Origin: Octopus sinensis
Taxonomy: Eukaryota
Assembly: GCF_006345805.1 (NCBI RefSeq)
Contig: NC_043015.1
Location: 7,874,001 to 7,938,000 of the forward strand
Reading direction: 5' to 3'
Length of the DNA stretch: 64,000 bases
A program made the translations under genes and the position numbers. The notes under the pieces are model-generated. The model saw only the letters and a program-made list of their open reading frames with translations, was not told where the DNA came from and did no database searches. Shown in pieces: positions 39,921 to 51,388 of this stretch. Positions within the stretch are counted from its first letter, which is position 1, and each line of letters begins with the position of its first letter.

Positions 39921-40972
39921 TGAGAGAGCAGCGAATGCTATCAAAGTGATATAGGGGTATAAATAAATGAAGCCCAATATACCAACCATTACTACCCGAC
40001 TGATAAGGGTACATCAAGAACATGCATCACAACCATATGTGCGACATGGAATAGCCCATCCCGCTCAAAAGGTCCCTAAAGATAGATTGTTTTACAGTGA
40101 TGAATGAAATACGCGTGTTTCCAGAGGTGAATTATTGAAATCCCAAAGAATTCTTCTGAATACATGGCTATGATCCTCCTCTCTTAATTCTGCTCGTGAT
40201 CAGAAATGCACACACCATCAGCTACTAATTAACTTGCTCAAATTGTTAAGATCAAGCCACTGACAAGCTAATCTGTAGAATTCAGCAGAATATTTTCCGT
40301 AGCCCATCTTTTATACCATGACAAAACAGTACGCGATAACACTTCGAATCAACTAAGATCAAAATACACGAGATCCACTGCCTAGTAGTAGTAGTAGTGT
40401 AGTAGTAGTAGTAGTTGTTGCTATTATTATTGGAGGGAGCAGTGCATGCTATCAAAGTGGCACTGGGATAAAATATACGAAGCCCAGTATACTCATCATG
40501 AATACCCATCAGATAAGGGTATACTAGGCACGTACATCACAACCATATGGGCGAGTCATAGTGATGTCATATGAAGATAAAAAGCGCATGACCATGCAGT
40601 TGGGGCCGAGTAAGAATTTTCTTCCTGTCGAGTAACCCATTCCGCTCAAATGGTCCTTGAATAAGGCTTGTTAAAGGATGTTGAACACTCATATTTCCAA
40701 AGGTGAACTATCAAAACCCCAAATAATTTCTCTTAACACATTTGTTATGATGCTCAACCACTAACTCTGCTGTTGATAAGATATGCATCATCAGCGACTA
40801 AGGGACATGCTCAACTGGTTATGGTCAAACAACTGACAGGCAAATATGTGGTTTTGAGCAGAATATTTGCTGTACCCCATCTTTTATACCTAGACAAAAC
40901 AATATACATGACAATACTTCCAATCAGTTAAGATGAGAAGCTGCGAGAGCCATTGCCTGGAACTGCATCAAC
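39921..40972. mobile_element. Two head-to-tail copies of the ~550-bp family (39921-40383, 40431-40972) separated and followed by (TAG)n
   Basis: Both are colinear with 22221-22774. The first has an internal deletion. Confidence 0.85.
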
Positions 40973-40978
40973 ATCATC

Positions 40979-41020
<42 letters not shown>

Positions 41021-41558
41021 CAATATGTCATCGGGGTCTCAAAACTAACATTATACAAAGGACAATGCTGACGGCTTAGTATAATGTACAGTTCTTCGAG
41101 CACTGATAGCATTTACAGTTTTGACAACTGCTTGTCACACCTTGTCGATAGTTGATATACATTACTTTATAAATCAATTATATGGAAGCATATAAAGCAG
41201 TATAGAAAAATCGTATGCAAACATGTATTTTAGTATATAAAAGTATATTTTGTACAAAAAAATGAGAAAAATATAATATAACAGTAAACCAATAATGCCT
41301 GAGAGACACTCTGCTTGATTTTCCTCTGCTCTCGATTTTGCGAGTATATGAAAGCGATACAAATTTTAGCTTCATTTTACTACGTAATTAAAGTATAAAA
41401 AAGAGATATTCTCATATTTCGTTATTCATACACCTACGCAAACACATATCTACGCAGATCTATACATATCAAAAAATTATGTGTGTGTGCACTTGTGCGC
41501 GCGCATGTGTATATGTGTGTGTCTATAGAAATATATATATTTATATATGTATATAAAA

Positions 41559-41768
41559 CGAGCAGGCAGAAACGTTAGCACTCCGGGCGAAATGTTTAGC
41601 GGTATTCCGTCTGCCGTTACGTCGACTTTGCCTTTTATCGTTTCGAGGTCGATAAATTAAGTACCAGTTATGTACTGGGGGTCGATGTAATCGGCTTAAT
41701 CCCTTTGCCTCTCCTTGTTTGTCCCCCCCCCCTGTGTATAGACCCTTATGGGCAATAAAGAAATAAGA
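41559..41768 (+). mobile_element. SINE of the 34898 family lacking the B-box segment
   Basis: ...GCCGTTACGT joins directly to CGACTTTGCC, so about 24 bp present in the other copies is missing. Confidence 0.85.
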
Positions 41769-41789
41769 AGTATGTATATATATATATGA

Positions 41790-41991
41790 TCTCTTGAGCA
41801 CCACCAGCTCAAATAGTTTTTTCCTCTGTCTTCCCTGCTTGGGATCTTTCCTTCTCCTTGTTTCCGACGAAGAGCTCCGCTCGAAACGTTAAACCCTCCT
41901 TCCCTGAGCTTCAATAATACTTTAATTGTTCCACGTCCTGCGTTGCTGTGTTTTTTTCTCTTTTTTTCTGTGTTTTCTTGTTTGGATTAAC
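41790..41991 (+). mobile_element. Short pyrimidine-rich element between (TA)n tracts carrying a hammerhead-like motif (Penelope pseudo-LTR-like)
   Basis: (TA)n on both sides. Motif at 41860-41894. Confidence 0.5.
41860..41894 (+). ncRNA. Minimal hammerhead-like motif with a CCGA core variant
   Basis: GTTT-CCGACGA-A-GAGC-TCC-GCTC-GAAACGTT-AAAC. Stem I is GTTT/AAAC, stem II is GAGC/GCTC, and stem III is the palindrome AACGTT. Confidence 0.5.
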
Positions 41992-42127
<136 letters not shown>

Positions 42128-42142
42128 TAAACGCAAACACAT

Positions 42143-42476
42143 GAAAGCGCATGGCTCAGTGGTTAGAGCGTCGAGCTTACGATCGTGAGGTTGTGAGCTC
42201 GAATCCCGGACCGGGCTGCGTGTTGTGTTCTTGAGCAAGGCACTTTATTTCACGTTGCTCCAGTTCACTCAACTGTAGGAATGAGTTGCGACGTCACTGG
42301 TGCCAAGCTGTATCGACCTTTGTCTTTCCCTTGGATAACACTGGTGGCGTGGAGAGGGGAGGCCGGTATGTATGGGCGACTGCTGGTCTTCCATAAAAAA
42401 ACCTTGCCCGGACTTGTGTCTAGGAGGGTAACTTTCTAGGTGCAACCCATGGTCATTCATGACCGAAGGGGGTCTT
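42143..42476 (+). mobile_element. Full-length CORE-type tRNA-derived SINE with a perfect 15-bp TSD
   Basis: A box TGGCTCAGTGG, B-box-like GAGCTCGAATCCC, CORE-like GTTGTGTTCTTGAGCAAGGCACTTTATTTCAC. TSD TAAACGCAAACACAT at 42128-42142 and 42477-42491. Confidence 0.92.
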
Positions 42477-42629
42477 TAAACGCAAACACATACACACAAT
42501 GTTACAGCATCTTTTCGCAAAACCTCAGTTTTCTTCAAATTATGCAAACCTTGATGTAATATATAGTGTAAATTGTTTTATTTTATCTCCTTGCTATACA
42601 CAGACACGCATATGTAAAGCAAAAAAAAA

Positions 42630-42768
42630 AAAACAACATGCGAACAGCATTTGCTGAGAGTTTCATGTTCCCGTTCGTCAGAGAGTTAATAAAACATATT
42701 ACTCTACATCCGGTATTGCAGTACTATTTTTTCAACCTTCTTTGGCATTCATGTGCTTACTCTGATTA
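42630..42768. mobile_element. Old copy of the 48723/60585 hammerhead-bearing family
   Basis: Antisense hammerhead at 42651-42685, followed by a body matching 48870-48946. Confidence 0.65.
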
Positions 42769-42817
<49 letters not shown>

Positions 42818-43108
42818 GTGTGTGCACATATATAAGTGTGTGTGAGTGGGGGTGTATGTGTCAGTGCGTGAAATTGAAACAGATTGAAGATATGATAAAC
42901 AAGAAATATTATATTTGTTCTTATTTGTCATTGTTTGATAGTCCTAACGGAATGTTCTAGGTGTCATTGGATACTTATACTGAACTAATCATATTGCAGA
43001 GATCTAAAGCTCTGTATATCACAATAAAAGACGTTACTTCTAAGTATTCTCCAAACTACTTTACTGGAAACAGATGACAACATTGTCAATAAGAGCAGAT
43101 GTCTATCA

Positions 43109-43120
43109 ACAAGTACAGAA

Positions 43121-43198
<78 letters not shown>

Positions 43199-43315
43199 TA
43201 CTCACACACATATATATACTTATATATATATATATATATTATAATTATATATATACACACACATACTCACACACATATATATACTTATATATATATAAAT
43301 ATATATTTATAATTA

Positions 43316-43346
<31 letters not shown>

Positions 43347-43409
43347 TACTCACACACATATATATACTTATATATATATAAATATATATTTATAATTATA
43401 TATATATAG

Positions 43410-43442
<33 letters not shown>

Positions 43443-43534
43443 TAGAAAGAGAAATACAGAGAGAGGAGAGGTACATGTATACATATGTGTACATGGGTAT
43501 GCATACGTGTATATGTATCTATATATCTATATAT

Positions 43535-43566
<32 letters not shown>

Positions 43567-43733
43567 CTGCATATGTATATATCTATATCTATATATATCT
43601 ATATCTATATATATATATACATATCTGTATATGTATATATCTACATTTATATATATATATATATATAGCTATCTATATATATATATATATCTGTATATGT
43701 ATATATCTATATTTATATATATCTATATCTATC

Positions 43734-43766
<33 letters not shown>

Positions 43767-43790
43767 ATGTAAACATATGTATATAATGTA
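43109..43790. repeat. Compound microsatellite block including three ~75-bp higher-order units (43181-43400)
   Basis: CATACTCACACACATATATATACTTAT recurs three times. Confidence 0.85.
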
Positions 43791-44435
43791 TAGGAATGCA
43801 GGCGTTTGCCGTGACATGAGATTTTCAGCTGTATAAAGCTTTTCGGTCGAGATGAAAAATGTACAGTTTGCATATTTTCTGTGCTAGTTCACTGGTCTAT
43901 ACCGTTATCTCTGAAATAAATTTGTGTTTACAGTCGAGAATCATACGAAAACGAAACTAGAAAAAATACCGAAAACAGAAAATATTACAGCCTGTGAAGA
44001 ATAAATGAATATTGCATGTTGTTCAATTCTCAGCTGTATCGATTTAGATGAACGACTTAATTGGTTGATGTTTGGATGCGATGCACGGCTGGGACACTCA
44101 ACATATTGTGCGTTATCCCTTTATCGGTGATACTTCAAATGGAATGACTCAAAGTTCGGATACTCAACAATAAGGCTATAACAAATATTTATGCTGTTTT
44201 CCATGCGTATTATTATGCATTTCGCTAATTTTATTTATAATTTTAAATACATACAAGTATTTACTGCTCTCTCATTAACTCTTATGTTAAATCCAAGCAC
44301 GTGCTGTTTAGAATAATACATGCCATACTCACAACACACACGTACGCGCGCGCAAACGCACACACTTTTTTATGACAGACACACACAAATATGTATGTGT
44401 ATACACACACATGCACACACACACACACACATATA

Positions 44436-44485
<50 letters not shown>

Positions 44486-44700
44486 TACATATAAACCTCT
44501 CTATCTATATATATGCATAGACATATATCTATATTTATATATACGTGTGTGTGTGTGTGTGTGTATTTATGCATATATGTTTATATAGAGAGATACATGC
44601 ATATATACATTTATACATACGTATAGATAGAGATAAGCTTATAGTCATATACGTATGTGTTTGCGAATGTTAGGTGATATGAACAAAGGAAAGAATACTC

Positions 44701-44790
44701 AATACATAGTAACCCCTCGCCATATCTCGGTCATCCTCTCACGGTTAATCATTTAGGCTTGCGTCGATTCCTCTGTGGTGCTGTTTTGCA
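44701..44790. mobile_element. Possible pogo/Tigger-like MITE terminus
   Basis: TACATAGTAACCCCTCGCCATATC resembles Tigger-type TIR starts. No partner TIR was found. Confidence 0.3.
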
Positions 44791-44843
44791 TTGGTAATAA
44801 AATAAATATATACAAATTATGAAAATAATTTTTAAAATTATGC

Positions 44844-45011
44844 AAGAAGCCCGTCGTATATATGTGTGTGTGTGTGTGTTTGTATGTCCCCGTAACTTAG
44901 CGGTTCGGCAATAGAACAAGTACTAGGCTTACAAAGAATAAGCCCTGGGGTCGATTTATTTGACTAAAAGGCGTTGCTCCAGAATGACCACTGTCAAATG
45001 ACTGAAACAAA
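44844..45011 (+). mobile_element. 3' half of a 53356-family SINE
   Basis: AAGAAGCCCGTCGTATAT(GT)n...AAGTACTAGGCTTACAAAGAATAAG...GACTGAAACAA. Confidence 0.8.
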
Positions 45012-45156
45012 TATATTTTTTTAGAATTTTCGTACAGATTGATGTAAAACCTTTCATATAAGAACAGATGAACTAATTATTTTAGTCAGTACAGTATAAC
45101 ATCAGTTTAAATATTTTAAATTTTGTTAAATCAGACATAGGATGAATAAGTGTATA

Positions 45157-45414
45157 TGTTTCTTTATTGCCCACAAGGGGCTAAACATAGAGGGGACCAA
45201 CAAGGACAGCCAAAGGGATTAAGTCGATTACATCGACCCCAGTGCGTAACTGGTACTTAATTTATCGACCCCGAAAGGATGAAAGGTAAAGTCGACCTCG
45301 GCGGAACTTGAACTCACAACGTAACGGTAGACGAAATACGGTTACGCATTTCGCCCGGCGTGCTAACGTTTCTGCCAGATCGCCGCCTTCTTCTGCCAGA
45401 TCGCCGCCTTCTGA
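45157..45414 (-). mobile_element. Full-length 34898-family SINE with a 15-bp TSD and a duplicated 5' 21-mer
   Basis: TSD ATGAATAAGTGTATA at 45142-45156 and 45415-45429. TTCTGCCAGATCGCCGCCTTC occurs twice (45370-45390, 45391-45411). Confidence 0.92.
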
Positions 45415-47503
45415 ATGAATAAGTGTATAGTAAGACCATTATGTGTTTCCTAGGATTCCCATGAAATATGTCTCACTCAGGCGTTGAACAACGGAGTTTC
45501 ACACTGATTAAGTGATTATGTGACAAGAATATCTTGAGCTACAGTAGGTAGCTTATTCAATACGTGACTCCAATATATTGCTGGAGATGATAATTTCATT
45601 TGAAGTTGTTTTAAAAGAGTGTTTGTCTTAAAAGAAATTATTTCAAAAATTGTGTTCAATCTTTTGTAAATATACATCTGTTAAAGAAAAGATGGTCTCG
45701 CACAACACCATTGCATTAACTGAAGAATTCCACAGAATATTAGAACGAAAAGAGCTAGATTTTTATGAAGCTATAATTAGCGAGAGAAATAGTTCATTCC
45801 TGATATTAACATGTCTCAAAAATAATTGCCAATGAAATTTATTTCAGTTGCTTTAAAGGAAGAAATGATTTATATATTTTATGAATATACCGCCACTGAA
45901 ATTTGACTTCTATTTTGCCCGGATTTGTTGCTGGATGATAAATCAGTTGTGCAAACGTAATTATCAAAAAATGTTCAATTTATGCAAATTAGTCGATAAA
46001 TAACTGTAAAATAATGTTAACGTTATCTTATACACAAGAAGATGTCATTCATAGAAATAGTATTCACAGTTATAGCTCATAAATTGCTGGGTTTTAAAAC
46101 ATTTATAGAACGAAATAGAAATTAACTTGGCATTTGAATTAAGAAACGGGAAGATAGAAATACTTCGTAATTCTCTGAGGTCAAATCATAAATGACCTGT
46201 TTGAAAGCATGAAGGTAGTATATGACCAAATATATCAATTAGGCTTCGAACGAATTTTTAGAAAACAGTCACATTGATACTGTTTCAATTCCCCCCAAAG
46301 TAATAAGATGTTCGTATCAAACGTGTTTAAACATATTTTCAGCTAACCAGGCCCACATCTGATTTTTCTCAATGTGCACCTGCATATCATAAACCTCAAC
46401 ACAGTTTATGACGAAATTATAACAATCTGTAGTGTTGTGCATATTCCAACGAAAATACTCGATATATAGAAGTGGGCTGCGCAAACAGTAACTGACAGGG
46501 AACTGATTTTATATTGCAGTAAAACCAAGCATTTGAAAAACTGAAGAAAACAACAGAGAACACCTAGCTCGCTCAACATTTTACGCATTACACCAATATA
46601 GGGTTAACTAAAATTGGTGTATTTTTACGAACACGTATCTCCAACGATGATAACGTTAAAATAACAAAGCACGTTTATATAGAACTTGCCTCTACAGCTA
46701 AACTTAAGTTGGGGACAACTTTTGTAAAGCTATATAATGTAAAGATATATCGATATAGCAAAACTTGAAATGTAAGTCTTTCATTCATAAGCAAACGATG
46801 AGAATGATAACGTTTATCCTAACCTGAATATTTAAAATAACATATACGTAAAGCCACTGCCACGTAAAACCAGCACCATATTTATATATGTGAGTGCGAA
46901 TATTGAGTGTGTGAGTGTGTTTATATTCATTTATATACACACATCGATAGTGCATATAGAGCATTTGTCGATATATTTCTAAATACACTGCAAAATTATG
47001 AGCAGCTTGCTGACAAAAGCAATAAATATGCTGTTTAAAATCAAAGAGTCTGCGTCATGGGTATATGTTGACATGCGATCGTGTGTAACCTATAATAATA
47101 GAGCATACAACTTAATACTGATTAATGTTGTGAATAGACAGGGTGGAGGAGGGTGGGTATATAATTCATTAACACAATGTAATACTTCCGAAATTACTGA
47201 AGTGGAATTTATACGATAATGAATCAAAGCCATATTCCACTCCAGATACGTTAGAGACATGATCGTTCACTATACAAACACAGATGCATAAAAATACAGA
47301 TACACACACACACACACACACACACGCAAACTTATATATATATATATATGTATATATATATGTATATATATATATGTGTGTGTGTATATATATATGCCAT
47401 ACATGTACATATATACACAGATACATATTACTTACATACACAAGTAAACACATACACGCATATACACACAAACTGATGCATACATATATACATATATACA
47501 TAC

Positions 47504-47537
<34 letters not shown>

Positions 47538-47547
47538 TATATATAGT

Positions 47548-47681
47548 TTAAATACTACATATGTTACTGTTTCGGTACCAGCTATCAGCATTTATATACA
47601 CATGTGTACATATATTCTTATATCAATCAATCACTCCATGCTGATGGCCGGTACCGAAACAGTAACATATGTGGTATTTAA
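47548..47681. repeat. 44-bp inverted repeat (3 mismatches) next to (TA)n
   Basis: Arms at 47548-47591 and 47638-47681. Confidence 0.9.
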
Positions 47682-47689
47682 CCTTATCA

Positions 47690-48560
47690 CCAATAGGTGG
47701 AGTGGCACCATACACCAGAAGATGGGATTAATAGTATTTTGGTGTCTTCAAGTGTAAGACAATAAAGGCACTTTTAATTATCACTGAAGCATCACACTCA
47801 CGGAAACTGTCAGCAACGTGACAGCCCGATTTTTTGAATAGGCTGATGGAAAATATGTGTCCTACAGTTATCCATATATCACAAAGTGGCTTTTGATCAG
47901 GTCGTGGTACAATCGACATGATATTCTCTACAGATACAAGATAATTTCACTGAACAGTAGATGGATTTATAGATAACGAAGAGACGCATTGTGGCCAGTC
48001 CTCGGAAAGGTTGGCTTCCCACACATATTTCTTTGTACCATTAATATGTACATTTAATTAGATATACAAAGCCGTAATGGCTCGGGTCGATTTTAAGGCA
48101 AAATTGGCTGACGAAGTCCGGCTAGCAATGGAGAAAAGTAATGCAATATAAACGCTCACACATTCTTTTCGATATTCTTAGCAGTTCTACTCACGCAAGA
48201 ATTACGCGTCGGTGATAAGAGTGCTCTGTTGTAGTTGAGAACTTCCGAGTCTTCAGCTTGAGAAGGTTAAATTTCAGATCAAACCAGTCTGGAATTTTGA
48301 TCAGGGAAGTCATTCTTACAGGTTTTGATGAATGTCTCGAATGACATACAATATGTAATGAATTACTTTGCAGGTTCAAAATGAGAATAGAAACGAAAAA
48401 GAGGGTATTTAACCCGCACAAAGCGAGCAGTATTTACAGCCAGCTGTCGTAGTATCGCGTAAAAGATTAGATGTAGTTGTTGCTTTCGTTTACACGGGAA
48501 ACATGCTGTCGAGGAATGTATCCCTAGATGCAGATATCTGATAAAGTGAATCGAAGTAAT
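47690..48560 (+). mobile_element. Decayed RTE-clade LINE reverse transcriptase fragment
   Basis: Disrupted frames give LNRL, SQSGF*SGRGTIDMIFS, FSIF, FSLRRL, LIREVIL (the LIRELLFADD region) and LDVVVAFVYTGNMLSR. Confidence 0.75.
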
Positions 48561-48665
48561 AATGTTCTTCGAACACAATATTGATCTCCAGCCCAACTGA
48601 AAACTCATCTGAGAGATCATAGACAGAGTCTCAGAGGGACCGTAATAATTCGGGAAGATGGAGGA

Positions 48666-48718
<53 letters not shown>

Positions 48719-48722
48719 TTTA

Positions 48723-48946
48723 TTTTAAGCAGTAGAAAATTCAACAAAATCTGTTACTCTGAGTTTCTCGTTGCCGTTCATCAGACAGTTTTTGCTAGAA
48801 CGGCAACGAGATGAACGGCAACGAGAAACTCAGAGTAACAGATTTTGTTGAATTTTCTGCTGCTTAAAAAAGCATATTATCTCTACCACTGGTATTTGAG
48901 TACTCTTTTTTCCACCTTGTTTCACATTTATGTGTTTACTCTCCGG
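48723..48946. mobile_element. Penelope-like mini-element with a 59-bp inverted repeat, between (TA)n tracts
   Basis: Arms at 48723-48781 and 48811-48869 (1 mismatch). The body is homologous to 60585-60726 and 42690-42768. Confidence 0.8.
48751..48788 (-). ncRNA. Minimal type I hammerhead ribozyme motif
   Basis: Minus strand CTGT-CTGATGA-A.CG-GCAA-CG.A-GAAA-CTC-A-GAG-TA-ACAG. Stem I has 4 bp, loop II is a GNRA tetraloop, stem III has a 1-nt loop, and the triplet is GUA. Stem II closes with an A.A mismatch. Confidence 0.7.
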
Positions 48947-48979
<33 letters not shown>

Positions 48980-49926
48980 TATAAGGTCATCCCATAGATA
49001 ATGCGGGTTTTCAATTTCATGAAATATAAACGGAAGGGTGAGTTTTCGTTTCTTTCTCTCCAAATTGGCTTACAACTCATTATTTATATGCGATTCTCTA
49101 CAGTTGTGAGAGAAGTGCTTCTAGGGTACATGTGTATGAATTTGTATGTACACAAACACACACACACACACACACACACACTATGAATCCATACGTAATG
49201 GTGTAGTGTTGAATAGTAACAGCTTTGCATTGTTTACTATTATTATCTTAGTTTCGAAGTCAGGTATACAGTTTGGAGAAGGAATTTAGTCGATTATTTT
49301 GATTGATATATAGAACACAGCGTCGTGACATTCAGGTTAAAACAACTTGGTATCTCTACTTTGCGGCAATAAATAATTTGTATCTAGTTACTGGGCGTAA
49401 GAAATCTTAAAATAATGCTTCCTTTCTTGGGCATTTAAACATTTTGTAGTCGATATATTGCAATTCTTAAATCTTCATTATTTTATAGCAATATTAATTT
49501 CATTGATGCTTTGCAAAATCCAGAATGCTAGACAAAAACCCTAACTCATATTTAACCTCTGGTTCCTTTTGTTCTTCAGTTCATCCGTTATGTTATAGTA
49601 TTTTAATTTGACGAGAATAAAACGAATGCTTATCATTCAATAACAGCAACCATGACGCAGAGTAAGTTAATGGTGATGTGTGCCACCAAAATATATTTCA
49701 TAAATGTTCGTATTTTCGAAAATGTGTACCGTGGGAGAAAGGATAAATAATGATGTGAACGTACAAATACTTTCTTCAAAATTTGTATGCTCATGAATAT
49801 ACTTAGCATAGAAGATATCCATAGAGATATCTTAGCATGACGATAATTGAAAACATTACTAAATGAGGCGTAATAAGTTTTATGATGTCTACTGAACACA
49901 TATGATATTATTATTATTGTTGTTAA

Positions 49927-50310
49927 GGCGTAGAGCTCGCACAAACGTTAGCACGCCGGGCGAAATGCTTAGCGGTATTTCGTCTGCGTTACATTGTGAG
50001 TTCAAATTCCGCCGAGGTCGACTTTGCCTTTCATCCTTTCGGGGTTGATAAATTAAGTACCAGTTACGCACTGGGGTCGATGTAATCGACTTAATACCTA
50101 TGTCTGCCCTTGTTTGTCTCCTCTGTGTTTAGCCCCTTGTGGGTAATACAGAAATAGGTATTTCGTCTGCCGCTACGTTCAGAGTTCAAATTCCGCCGAG
50201 GTCGACTTTGCCTTTTATCTTTTAAGGGTCGATAAAATGAGTACCAGTCGATGTAAATGAATTACCCCACTGTCACAAACTTGGCTTCTACTAAAATTTT
50301 AAACTGTTAT
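49927..50310 (+). mobile_element. Dimeric or nested SINE: full 34898-type copy fused to a second headless core with another tail
   Basis: GGTATTTCGTCTGC occurs at 49974 and again at 50157, immediately after the first tail (...GAAATA). Confidence 0.85.
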
Positions 50311-51057
50311 TAATGTTGTTGCTGTGGTTGTTCTGTAACTATGTGGAATTGCTCGAGTCTCAGAGTAGAGCGATATATTTTATTAGTCAAACAGTGGCAA
50401 CTTCACGCAAAAGTATCATTCTGGTCACAGGTTTCGCTGTCAGATTAAACCAGATTAAGAACTCTGTAGGTGTAAACCGTGTCAAAATCAATAGCGTGCA
50501 CGTATACACACGCACACGCGCGCACATACACTCTCTCACACACAAACAGGCACACACACGCACGCACACACATACACACAAACCATATGAATGCATGCAT
50601 GTTCACTGTTGGTTTGCCTTCAGTAGTTGTACTAACGAGTAATATTTGCATATACATACACACACACACATATGTGTGTGTGTATGTGTGGTATCATGTT
50701 GATGTCCTAATGTTTGTGTTGGCGTGTGTTTTACATCTTTTTGTCTCATTGCTTTGTAGATATTGCCTGATTCTTTATGTCTTCTTATCATGTTAGTTCG
50801 GCAACTGAGTCTATTGGAATATCGGTTTCCAGATATTTCATCTCACTATTTCAGCGCAATATTTTTGAAGGTCATATTTGTGTACTTCATTCTTCATTTC
50901 AATCAAATTCACCAGCAGGATAGTTGTGAAGTTGTATTCAGATAAACAGAGTAGGTATTATTGCACATGAATTATACAATCACACGTAAAAGAGAATTTG
51001 ATATGGTTATATAAGGACAGCATAAATATAACTACATATATGTCAGTATAGGTATGC

Positions 51058-51155
51058 ATTTGTAAGCCTGGTACTTATTGAGTTCTTCTCTTTTGCCGAC
51101 CAGCTATATCAAGGGGGAGGTAAGCACACCAACTCCAGTTGCCAAGCGGCGATGA
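51058..51155 (-). mobile_element. Degenerate 53356-family SINE 3' domain
   Basis: TTTGTAAGCCTGGTACTTATT...CTCTTTTGCCGA matches 53457-53500. Confidence 0.6.
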
Positions 51156-51353
51156 TGTACAATGACTTAGACAAAATCACATAAGCTCAAACACACTTAG
51201 GTATATATAAATATATATACACGTTCGGAGAAAGAGGGAGGAATATGGTTATATAGACTGATAGATAGATAATGATACAGATTCGATTGTACTCAGAGTA
51301 TTTTATCAAAATGCACTGTAATTGTGCTTATGTGCATGTCTATATGTGTGCAT

Positions 51354-51388
<35 letters not shown>

